NCBI GenBank assembly: GCA_049697115.1 | Contig: JBAVVD010000060.1 | Coordinates: 3,301 to 67,300, forward strand | DNA: 64,000 bases | Source: Candidatus Aminicenantales bacterium | Lineage (GTDB): Bacteria > Acidobacteriota > Aminicenantia > Aminicenantales > UBA4085 | Reading direction: 5' to 3' | Shown here: positions 9,360-17,092 of the stretch, one piece after another | How positions within the stretch are numbered: the stretch's first letter is position 1 | Layout of the letters: each line of letters starts with the position of its first letter | The notes under the pieces: generated by a model | Told to the model about the DNA's origin: nothing | The model's database searches: none | The model's input: the letters and a program-made list of their open reading frames with translations, nothing else | Position numbers and translations under genes: made by a program

Positions 9360-9553
9360 AATACGAATGCAATAAATGACGTGACAGAATATATAAGGCG
9401 CTGTGGCCGCCCTTAAGCCCCCGTAGCGGAGGGGGGGCCTATCGGCTTATCCGATGGGGGGAACCGACGGGACTGGTTCCCCGGGGTTCGGGGACTGAGG
9501 GCGGCCACAGCGCCGATCAAAGATTATAACCTTATTTATTGCATCCGTAATAG
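9360..9553. repeat. Palindromic ~194-bp intergenic element, copy 1 (arms 9360-9396 and 9515-9553; 16-bp IRs 9397-9412 and 9499-9514; core 9413-9498)
   Basis: Seen directly. IR ggcgctgtggccgccc / gggcggccacagcgcc, outer gcaataaat / atttattgc, and a core containing three GC-rich hairpins. Second copy at 56377-56569 has the core inverted. Confidence 0.85.
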
Positions 9554-9555
9554 CC

Positions 9556-10917
9556 TCAGGCGCCCGGCCCGCGTCTCTGTCTGGCGATATACTCATTGAC
9601 CGTGCGAACGGCAATGTTCGAGAGCCCTATAAGGCCGATGAGATTGCAAAAGGCCATCATGCCGTTGAACACATCGCCCACCGACCACGCGGTCTCCGCT
9701 CCCAGCGCGGACCCGACGAATATCATCAGGCAATACAGCCAGCGGAAGGGAGTCCTTGTTTTTTCGCCAATGAGATAGCAGAAGGAAATTTCTCCATAGT
9801 AGGGATTCGCGACAAGAGTCGAATATCCGAAAAGAAATGAAGAGACGGCCACAATCAGCCCTCCGGCTGCAGGCATGGCCGCGTTGAAGGCGTTCACAGC
9901 CATCTGGGTGCTCGTCCCCTCGGTCCAGGCGCCGGTCACAAGCACGGCGAGAGCGGTCAGCGTGCAGACCACGATCGTATCGATAAAAACATCCAGGGAG
10001 GCAATCATCCCCTGGCGCGCCGGTTCCCCTGTTTTGGCCGCCGCGTGAAACACGGCGGCTGTCCCTGTGCCCGCCTCATTGGAATACGCTCCTCTGGCCA
10101 ATCCGTAGCGGATGGCACCGGCAACGGTCGCGCCGACTACTCCCCCGCCCACGGCCGATGGTTTGAAAGCCCCGACAAAGATGAGGGAGAATGCCTGAGG
10201 AATCTGCGAGGCAAAGGCCAACACCGTGACCAGCGCTCCTCCGATATAGACAAGGACCATGAAGGGGCTCAAAAAGACCGTCACGCGGGCGATGGACTTG
10301 ATGCCGCCGATAATGACAAGCCAGACGAGCAGCGCCAGGCCGGCTCCTGTAATCCAGGGTTCGATTCCGACCTGGGTTTTGAGGGCCAGAGAGATGGAGT
10401 TGGACTGGATTAAAGTTGTCCCAAACAGGGCTTTACTGCCCATGAAAAATGCAAAAATTGCGGCGAGCCACGACAGGCCGAGGCCATTGCGGATATAATA
10501 CATCGGCCCGCCCAGGACAGTTCCGTCCGCGGCAAACTGCTTGAATTTCTGCCCGAGTGCCGCCTCGACAATCTTGGTGGCCATGCCGAAAAAGGCGGAC
10601 ATCCACATCCAGAACACGGCGCCCGGACCTCCCATGGCAATGGCCGTGCAGACTCCGGCAATGTTCCCGTTTCCGATGGTTGCGGCCAGTGAAGTGGTGA
10701 GGGCCTGGAAGGGCGATATATCCCCGCGGATGCCTTCCCTTTTTTCTCCATAGCCTCTTCCACCCAACACCAGCCGGACGGAAAGGCCGAATCCCCGGAA
10801 CTGGAGGAATCGAAGCCTGATAGTTAAATAAAAGCCGACGCCGAGGAGAAGCAAAACCATGTGTGGGCCCCAGACGACGGCCCCGAAGAATCGAATAATC
10901 CGGTCGAACAGCTCCAT
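9556..10917 (-). CDS. Alanine/glycine:cation symporter (AGCS family)
   Basis: 453 aa. N-terminus and TM pattern are typical of AGCS (FQALTTSLAATIGNGNIAGV..., GGPGAVFWMW). Confidence 0.8.
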   Translation of the reverse strand: MELFDRIIRFFGAVVWGPHMVLLLLGVGFYLTIRLRFLQFRGFGLSVRLVLGGRGYGEKREGIRGDISPFQALTTSLAATIGNGNIAGVCTAIAMGGPGAVFWMWMSAFFGMATKIVEAALGQKFKQFAADGTVLGGPMYYIRNGLGLSWLAAIFAFFMGSKALFGTTLIQSNSISLALKTQVGIEPWITGAGLALLVWLVIIGGIKSIARVTVFLSPFMVLVYIGGALVTVLAFASQIPQAFSLIFVGAFKPSAVGGGVVGATVAGAIRYGLARGAYSNEAGTGTAAVFHAAAKTGEPARQGMIASLDVFIDTIVVCTLTALAVLVTGAWTEGTSTQMAVNAFNAAMPAAGGLIVAVSSFLFGYSTLVANPYYGEISFCYLIGEKTRTPFRWLYCLMIFVGSALGAETAWSVGDVFNGMMAFCNLIGLIGLSNIAVRTVNEYIARQRRGPGA

Positions 10918-11059
10918 CTCCGTATCAGGCCACTTCTCTGCCTGCGTTCCCCCCTTATATCACAGGAGAACTGGGTAGACCAATAAATCCGCTTTCCGAA
11001 ACTAAAACGATAGGTTTTAAAAAAGATCGCGCTTGAGCTGGATTTCCCGAGAGACTGGT

Positions 11060-11509
11060 CTATTTGGCCGCTTTGGGTTTACATAGAAGAAGCAACAGAT
11101 TAAAAACTAACAAAACAGCCGCGCTGACCCAGTGGAACCAACCTGTTGCAGCTTGCACAAAGTGAAAAACCACGATAGAAATGACCACCAGGAATCCTGT
11201 AATTATGGCACCGTTGATGATCGCCATATTTTTTTCAACATCTTTTAAGGCGAAGAGGAATAAAATCGCCCAACCCAGCGGGAAAATCCCGTACAATCGC
11301 AGAAAGAATCCTTGAGTTTCAAAGAAGCCTAAGGCAGCAAGCAGACTTTGAGGTGCGAAGGTAAATGTGAGAAACCAGAGAAAAAACAGGACAATGCCAA
11401 TCCAAAGAAGAAGTTTGATACACCCTGGATTTTTTACCATTGAGATTATCCTCCCTGAAATATATTTAAATTTGTCTTCGAAGATATAAAATAAGGTTCC
11501 TGTTGTCAA
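11060..11509 (-). CDS. Hypothetical integral membrane protein
   Basis: 149-aa ORF with 4 predicted TM segments and no recognisable family. The start may be the internal MVKNPG. Confidence 0.35.
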   Translation of the reverse strand: MTTGTLFYIFEDKFKYISGRIISMVKNPGCIKLLLWIGIVLFFLWFLTFTFAPQSLLAALGFFETQGFFLRLYGIFPLGWAILFLFALKDVEKNMAIINGAIITGFLVVISIVVFHFVQAATGWFHWVSAAVLLVFNLLLLLCKPKAAK

Positions 11510-11624
11510 GCGAAAAAACGAATTGGTTCGGGCCTTGGTTTATTCGCTCCCTTTGCGCAGATCCCGGCCTCTCCATCAGACTGTGAAAACAGGAGATGAC
11601 ACTGGCATTTGATACAAAAGGAAA

Positions 11625-11710
11625 TGCCGAGGGCCGGACTTGAACCGGCACGGTTGTTGCCAACCGAGGGATTTTAAGTCCCTTGCGTCTACCAATTCCG
11701 CCACCCCGGC
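11625..11710 (-). tRNA. tRNA-Leu (anticodon UAA), 86 nt, type II with long variable arm
   Basis: Reverse complement GCCGGGGTGGCGGAATTGGTAGACGCAAGGGACTTAAAATCCCTCGGTTGGCAACAACCGTGCCGGTTCAAGTCCGGCCCTCGGCA folds as a cloverleaf with anticodon loop CTTAAAA. Confidence 0.9.
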
Positions 11711-11741
11711 GAAAAACTCACGGGAGCTTTATTTCCAAATC

Positions 11742-11903
11742 CTAGCAGATTTTTCTCGCCAAATTATCATTGATTTCCTTATGACGGGGAACCGTCGAGA
11801 CCTTGTTCTTTTTTCTTTTAACATAAACGCTGTGATTGGCGCCTTCTCTAAGCAATGCACAACCATACTACTCAAGATGCCTGAGGAGTTTCCTTCTTTT
11901 CAT
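11742..11903 (-). pseudogene. hicA: HicA-family toxin homologue interrupted by an in-frame TAG at codon 12
   Basis: Translation MKRRKLLRHLE*YGCALLREGANHSVYVKRKKNKVSTVPRHKEINDNLARKIC matches the HicA pattern (LLxxLE..G, R.G.H, TVP.H.K). Its ATG overlaps the hicB TAA as TAATG. It ends 32 nt before the tRNA-Leu. Confidence 0.55.
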
Positions 11904-12118
11904 TAAATCGAGAGTTCGATTTTTTCTCGAATAACCTTTTTTCCGCTGATTTCTTCTTCAGCAAGCTTTTTATTAGCTTCTAAAACGAGGCGAATCGCTT
12001 CTTTGAGGTTTTGGCGGGCCTCTTTTAATGTCGCCCCCTGAGTATTGGCACCTGGTAACTCTTCGATAAAAGCGATATAGCCGTGTTTGACTTTTTGAAA
12101 AACGGCTGTGAAGGACAT
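11903..12118 (-). CDS. hicB: HicB-family antitoxin (UPF0150)
   Basis: 71 aa. YIAFIEELPGANTQGATLKEARQNLKEAIRLVLE is typical of HicB. Confidence 0.7.
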   Translation of the reverse strand: MSFTAVFQKVKHGYIAFIEELPGANTQGATLKEARQNLKEAIRLVLEANKKLAEEEISGKKVIREKIELSI

Positions 12119-12284
12119 TTGATCTCCTCTTTTTTGTAATTATCATATAAAACGTGGCCAGGGTCAAATCCTATGGTCAAGAATATCGAAGGCGTCAATC
12201 ACGACGCCGAAACCCAAAGGAGATTCAGGGCAAAACGAACAGCGTCCTTGACCTGTCCCGGATTTCTGATTATGCTTCGGCACG

Positions 12285-14189
12285 ATGTTTAGAAGGAAGC
12301 ACCGAGGCAACAAAGCGTCCGCGAGCGGGCTCAGCCAAAAACCGGATTCTTATCCCCCCGAATCCGTTTATAACCATAGAATCAAAACTCTGGACGTCCT
12401 TCTGAAAAAACTAAAAAAACAGGGCACTGCCCTGGGAATCCTGAAACTGAGCCTGGTACTCGGCGCTCTCCTTGCCTTATGCCACGTTTTTACCGCCAGT
12501 CCGGCTATTTCCTGGGGCATCGTCGGCCTGGCTCTGGTACTTTTCATCACAACGGCCGTGATACACGAATCCATTATCCGTAAGGCCAGGCACCTTAACG
12601 CCCTGAAAACCATTAACAAAAACGAAATTAAATTCCTTTGCCACGAGTTCCCCGAGGCCGCCCACACTGGGGAAGAATTCCAGAATTCCGACCATTATTA
12701 TACGCCCGGCCTGGATATCTTCGGTGAAAAGGGTTTATTCCATTACGTGAACCGGTCCGTCACTGCAATCGGCCGGCGCCACCTGGCAGGTTGGTTGCAG
12801 TCCAAGGCCGAGCCGGAGGAAATAAAGAAACGACAAGAGGCCGTGGCAGAACTGTCTCAAAAAATCGACCTTCGTCAAAACGTCGCCAGCTACGGCATGT
12901 TTATAGACGACTCCTCCCAGAAACTCGATTCCCTACTCAAATTCCTCCATGAACCCTTCCTCATCCTGGGCAAAAAATGGCTGCTGGTTTTCATGTTTGT
13001 GTGGCCCATGCTCACCATCTGTGCCGCGGTTTCAATCATTTTTAAAATTCCCCTGGTCGTCTTTCTCTCCTTTGCCTTGAGCCAGTATGCAATCAATAAA
13101 AAATTCTCGAAACAGCTTGCGTATTTATACAGCCTGACGTCCCGAAGCCGAAAAATCTTAAAAGCGTATTCCCGTATCATCGGAGAAATCGAGACCGAAA
13201 ACTTCAACAGCGAAAGACTCATTCAACTGAAAGATCGATTATCTAAGGCTAAACACAGGGCGTCGGTGTGCATTAGCCGATTTTCCAGGCTGATGGAATG
13301 GTTCGATGCCCGAAACGGGATGCTTCACAGCTTATTCAACAATATACTTCTGTGGGATCTCCACTGCGTTTACCACATTGAAAAATGGCGAAAACAAACA
13401 GCCGCCCATGTTCCCCAATGGTTCAACGTGATCGGTGAATTCGAAGCCCTGTCCGGGTTTGCCGCGCTGCATTTCAACAATCCCCAATGGACCATGCCGG
13501 AAATCCATGAGAACTCATTCCGCCTGCACGCCCAAAACCTGGGACACCCGTTGATTCCGGAAAAAGAACGGGTGTGCAGCAGCATCGAACTGGGCAAAAA
13601 TGGGAAGGCCATCCCAGGGGGAAACCTGGCCATCGTTACCGGTCCCAACATGGCGGGAAAAAGTACATTCCTGAAAGCCGTCGGCATCAACACGGTTTTA
13701 GCCTTTGCCGGCGCACCGGTTTGCGCGGAACGATTGGTTATTTCCCCGGTAAAACTCATGACCAGCTTGAAAACAAGCGATTCTCTGGACAAGCATTTAT
13801 CCCTTTTTTATGCCGAACTGCAGCGCTTGAAAATGATCCTGGACGGCATTTCCCGCAGCGAACCGGTGTTTTTCCTCATCGATGAGATACTCAAAGGCAC
13901 CAACGCCCTGGACCGCCAAAAAGGCTCCATAGCCCTGTTGAAACAGTTGATGCGCAGCCACGCCAACGGCATTGTCGCCACGCACGACCTGGAATTAACT
14001 AAATTGGAAAACCTCGAAGAATGGGAAAAGTCCGGCGGCCAATACCCCGAAGGAATAAATATTGCCAATTATCATTTTGACGGTTATATCAAGGAAGATA
14101 AGCTGCTGTTCGATTACCATTTAAAAAAAGGCATGTGTAAAAGTCACAATGCCCTTTTATTAATGAAAAATATGGGCATCGATATATAG
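12285..14189 (+). CDS. MutS-related ABC-ATPase (MutS domain V only) with N-terminal transmembrane region
   Basis: 634 aa. TM helices at the N-terminus and middle, then a MutS ATPase domain (GPNMAGKSTFLKAVG..., FLIDEILKGTNALDRQKGSIALL..., ATHDLELT). No mismatch-binding or connector domains. Confidence 0.65.
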   Translation: MFRRKHRGNKASASGLSQKPDSYPPESVYNHRIKTLDVLLKKLKKQGTALGILKLSLVLGALLALCHVFTASPAISWGIVGLALVLFITTAVIHESIIRKARHLNALKTINKNEIKFLCHEFPEAAHTGEEFQNSDHYYTPGLDIFGEKGLFHYVNRSVTAIGRRHLAGWLQSKAEPEEIKKRQEAVAELSQKIDLRQNVASYGMFIDDSSQKLDSLLKFLHEPFLILGKKWLLVFMFVWPMLTICAAVSIIFKIPLVVFLSFALSQYAINKKFSKQLAYLYSLTSRSRKILKAYSRIIGEIETENFNSERLIQLKDRLSKAKHRASVCISRFSRLMEWFDARNGMLHSLFNNILLWDLHCVYHIEKWRKQTAAHVPQWFNVIGEFEALSGFAALHFNNPQWTMPEIHENSFRLHAQNLGHPLIPEKERVCSSIELGKNGKAIPGGNLAIVTGPNMAGKSTFLKAVGINTVLAFAGAPVCAERLVISPVKLMTSLKTSDSLDKHLSLFYAELQRLKMILDGISRSEPVFFLIDEILKGTNALDRQKGSIALLKQLMRSHANGIVATHDLELTKLENLEEWEKSGGQYPEGINIANYHFDGYIKEDKLLFDYHLKKGMCKSHNALLLMKNMGIDI

Positions 14190-14336
14190 GACTTCCTCAA
14201 GAGTCGTGAACAATCTGAGCCAAGCTATTATCATCAACCTCGCAATACTCCCCTATTTTTCCGTAACCACCTAATTTTTCAGTAAGTTGCTGGCAATGTT
14301 GAGCTTAACGGAGTAAACTCACATTTTCTTCCTGGA

Positions 14337-14378
14337 GGATTTTAAGTCCATTGCGTCTGCCAATTCCGCCACCCCGGC
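14337..14378 (-). pseudogene. 5' half (42 nt, acceptor/D/anticodon arms) of a tRNA-Leu(UAA) gene; truncated after the anticodon loop
   Basis: rc = GCCGGGGTGGCGGAATTGGCAGACGCAATGGACTTAAAATCC, which matches the first 42 nt of the intact tRNA-Leu with 2 mismatches and then diverges. Confidence 0.8.
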
Positions 14379-14388
14379 ATTTTTTTAA

Positions 14389-14416
14389 ATTCTAACATAA
14401 AAAACTATTTCTTCAA
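14389..14416 (-). promoter_or_regulatory. Putative original tRNA-Leu promoter (TTGAAG-16-TGtTAGAAT) retained upstream of the 5' fragment
   Basis: On the minus strand: ttgaag, a 16-nt spacer, then tagaat preceded by TG, ending 11 nt before the fragment's 5' end. Confidence 0.35.
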
Positions 14417-14611
14417 TAAAAACATCTTCTGTTCAGTGACAATCCTACGATGACATTCGGGGATATTCACTCTTGACCGCTTTCAGGAGGTCTATCGCTT
14501 CGAATTCGACTTCAAAGACTCCGGGGATTTCAGGAACATCCGTTGGATATACGAGAGGGATGAATGGAATGTATGTCAGAATTTCAAAGGGCGGCTGTGT
14601 TCCTGGCCGGC

Positions 14612-15604
14612 TCACTCCGTCAGAGGAAAAAACAGGCTGGCGGCGCCGTAAACGCCCACGTTCTTCTGGAGCTTCGCGGGCCGGATGGGAAGCGCCGCAA
14701 TGAAGGGGCGATGGATGGTATATTGCGGAATCGTCCTGCGGATCCTGTCGAACAGAGGTTTCCCGATCTGTGCGACTCCGCCTCCGATTACGATCGCTTC
14801 AGGATCCAGGAGTGACACGATTCCCCCGAGCCACACGCCCAGGTAAAATCCCGTCTCGTCAAGGATCAACCGAGCCACTCGATCGCGGCGGAGCGCCGCG
14901 TCGGCAATCATCTTTGGAGTGATCCGGCTCAGGTCCCCGCGCGTCAGAGTCCGCAGCAGGCTCGGAGTTCCGGGCTCCTGCTCCAGGAGAATTCGCGCGC
15001 GGCGCGCCATGCCGGGTCCGGAGGCCAGCGCCTCAATGCACCCCCGCGTGCCGCAGCCGCAGAGGAAAGGACTGTGGTAGTCAATCAGAACATGTCCGCC
15101 CTCCCCGGCCACGCCGTTCTTCCCATGGTAAATCTTCCTGTCGATGATGATGCCCGTTCCGATGCCGGTGCTGACGGTCACATAGAACACGTTCCTGCAG
15201 CCCACAGCCGCTCCGATGAGCGTTTCCGCCAGACCGGCCCCATTGGCGTCTTTCTCCACCATAACCGGCAGGCCGAACCTCTTCTGGACCAGCCGGGCGA
15301 GCGGCACGTTGTGCCACCCGGGCAGATTCGGGGGGTTGATCACCACACCGGTTGCGGGATTCAGCGGGCCGGGGGAGCAGATTCCGATGCCGCGGAGATT
15401 TTGCTTTCCGCGCGCCAGACGGATCAGGCGCTCGATCAATTTAAAGACCTGCGCCAGGCTGGTTGTCCGGCCTTTTTCGGCCAGCGTCGGCACGACCAGC
15501 GACCGCGTCAGACGCCCTTTTCGGGTCACAAGGCCGCCCGCGATCTTGGTGCCTCCGATATCGATCCCAAGGGTTAATTTCTGCATTGCTGAATTTTTTG
15601 GCAT
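14612..15604 (-). CDS. ROK-family glucokinase / sugar kinase
   Basis: LGIDIGGTKIAGGLV N-terminus and ROK signature region (CGCGTRGCIEA). Confidence 0.8.
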   Translation of the reverse strand: MPKNSAMQKLTLGIDIGGTKIAGGLVTRKGRLTRSLVVPTLAEKGRTTSLAQVFKLIERLIRLARGKQNLRGIGICSPGPLNPATGVVINPPNLPGWHNVPLARLVQKRFGLPVMVEKDANGAGLAETLIGAAVGCRNVFYVTVSTGIGTGIIIDRKIYHGKNGVAGEGGHVLIDYHSPFLCGCGTRGCIEALASGPGMARRARILLEQEPGTPSLLRTLTRGDLSRITPKMIADAALRRDRVARLILDETGFYLGVWLGGIVSLLDPEAIVIGGGVAQIGKPLFDRIRRTIPQYTIHRPFIAALPIRPAKLQKNVGVYGAASLFFPLTE

Positions 15605-15613
15605 GGATACTCC

Positions 15614-16816
15614 TTATTCGTACCTGGCGCGGCCGAATATCGCCAGTCCGAAGACATACATAAAACACACGGCGGGCACCAGCATTGCCGCGTGCATACC
15701 GTAATTGTCCCCAACCCATCCCACCACTGGCGGAATCAGAGCCCCGCCCATGATGGCGGTGCAGAGAAGTCCGGAGATCGTGCCGTGGTTTTCTGTGAAA
15801 CTGTTGATTGTCCCGCTCATCATCAATGTGATGAGGACAGAGGTGAAGAATCCGCAGGCGGCAAATCCAACAGCGGTCAAACTTCTGGACCCGAAGTTGG
15901 CGGCCAGCAGGCAAACCACCGCCATGAATGAATAGAGCCGCAGGATCCTCCGGCTGCCGAACCGGTTGAGAACCGCGCCGCTCACAAGGCGGCCTGTGCC
16001 CTGCAGCCCCCAGAACAGGGCCACGATCAGCGCCGGCAGGGTGGGCAAGACTTTACGGAAGAGGCCGGTGGCCTCGAGATTGACGATGTCCGCGGTCAGC
16101 CCATGGACGCGCTCAAAAAACTTGACGATCCAGGATGCGGTTCCGACCTCTGCCCCGACATAGAAAAAGACGCCCAGGGCGTAGACCCGAACAAGGGGAT
16201 TCTTCAGAATTTTGCCCAGTTGGTCCACGCGGATCCGGTCGCCGGCCGCAGTTACCGTGGACGGAAAGCGCGAAAAGGCCAGCGGCGCCAGCAGCGCCAG
16301 GCAAAGCACTGCAAATAAGATGTAGAGGCTCTGCCAGCTTCGGCCCGTCCCCCGGATGAAGGCCAGCACGAATGGCCCGAGGAAAGCGCCAATACCGCAG
16401 AACCCGATGGTCAGGGTCAGATTGCGATGATAATTCTCCGGGCGGTCCAGATGCTGGATCAGCGGGTTGCCGGCGGTCTGCAGGATGGTCACACCCACCC
16501 CGACTGTAAATATCATGGCCAGCATCAATGGGTAGTCCCGGGCCCATGCCACAACCAGACAGCCCAAACCCATCAGGATCACTCCGGCCAAAATGAGCGG
16601 CTTGGCCCCGAAACGGTCCATGATCAGGCCGGTGGGAATGGAAAAGAGGCCGTAGGCGATGAAGAAGCTGAACGCCAGGAAGCCGGCAGCAAACAGGCTC
16701 AATTGATATTGTCGGATGACTTCAGGAATGATCACGCCCAGGATGTTCGTGATCATGCCAAACGTAAAGTAGGCCAAAAAGAAGAATCCCAAGAGACCGG
16801 AAGGACGCTCTGACAT
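15614..16816 (-). CDS. MFS sugar transporter, FHS (glucose/galactose/fucose:H+ symporter) family
   Basis: 400 aa with 12 TM helices and an N-terminal region like GluP/FucP (FFFLAYFTFGMITNILGVIIPEV...). Directly upstream of the ROK kinase (operon). Confidence 0.75.
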   Translation of the reverse strand: MSERPSGLLGFFFLAYFTFGMITNILGVIIPEVIRQYQLSLFAAGFLAFSFFIAYGLFSIPTGLIMDRFGAKPLILAGVILMGLGCLVVAWARDYPLMLAMIFTVGVGVTILQTAGNPLIQHLDRPENYHRNLTLTIGFCGIGAFLGPFVLAFIRGTGRSWQSLYILFAVLCLALLAPLAFSRFPSTVTAAGDRIRVDQLGKILKNPLVRVYALGVFFYVGAEVGTASWIVKFFERVHGLTADIVNLEATGLFRKVLPTLPALIVALFWGLQGTGRLVSGAVLNRFGSRRILRLYSFMAVVCLLAANFGSRSLTAVGFAACGFFTSVLITLMMSGTINSFTENHGTISGLLCTAIMGGALIPPVVGWVGDNYGMHAAMLVPAVCFMYVFGLAIFGRARYE

Positions 16817-16994
16817 ATAGAGCCCTCCTAAAGGGAGCTAATTGATACAGAGACAATAAGCAAATCGCCGGCTGCGCTGAACATTTTCCGCTCTTTCCAT
16901 TCCCTGAAACATGCCGTATAGTACTTTAAGTGTAAATCCGTAGTCAAGTGAATGGGGCTCGATGTGTGCATCTTCTCGTCCGCGCGCCGTCTTT

Positions 16995-17023
16995 TTGACA
17001 TCGCTTGAATCCTGTGCTATAAA
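16995..17023 (+). promoter_or_regulatory. Near-consensus sigma70 promoter TTGACA-17-TATAAA for the glycerate kinase-pyk operon; adjacent gaatcct repeats / palindrome (17005-17055) are a candidate operator
   Basis: ttgaca at 16995-17000 and tataaa at 17018-17023. A perfect inverted repeat ggaatcct-gtcag-aggattc lies at about 17033-17052 and a direct copy of gaatcctgt at about 17005. Confidence 0.5.
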
Positions 17024-17092
17024 TCCAGGAAAGGAATCCTGTCAGAGGATTCTTCTATCCATAATAAATTAATACAGACATTTTGTGAAACA

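Noticed and set aside
9360-9553. CRISPR array or MITE with the whole element inverted
   Set aside because: There are only two copies, they are not tandem, and there are no spacers. Whole-element inversion is excluded because the internally asymmetric arms keep the same orientation in both copies while only the core flips.
11640-11906. 88-aa +ORF
   Set aside because: It overlaps the tRNA-Leu gene and the hicA/hicB junction, starts with TTG inside the tRNA, and has no family resemblance.
11625-14425. Active integrated mobile element (looked for an integrase or recombinase next to the tRNA)
   Set aside because: No integrase, excisionase or transposase ORF is present in or beside the tRNA-bounded segment, so only a degenerate remnant is claimed.
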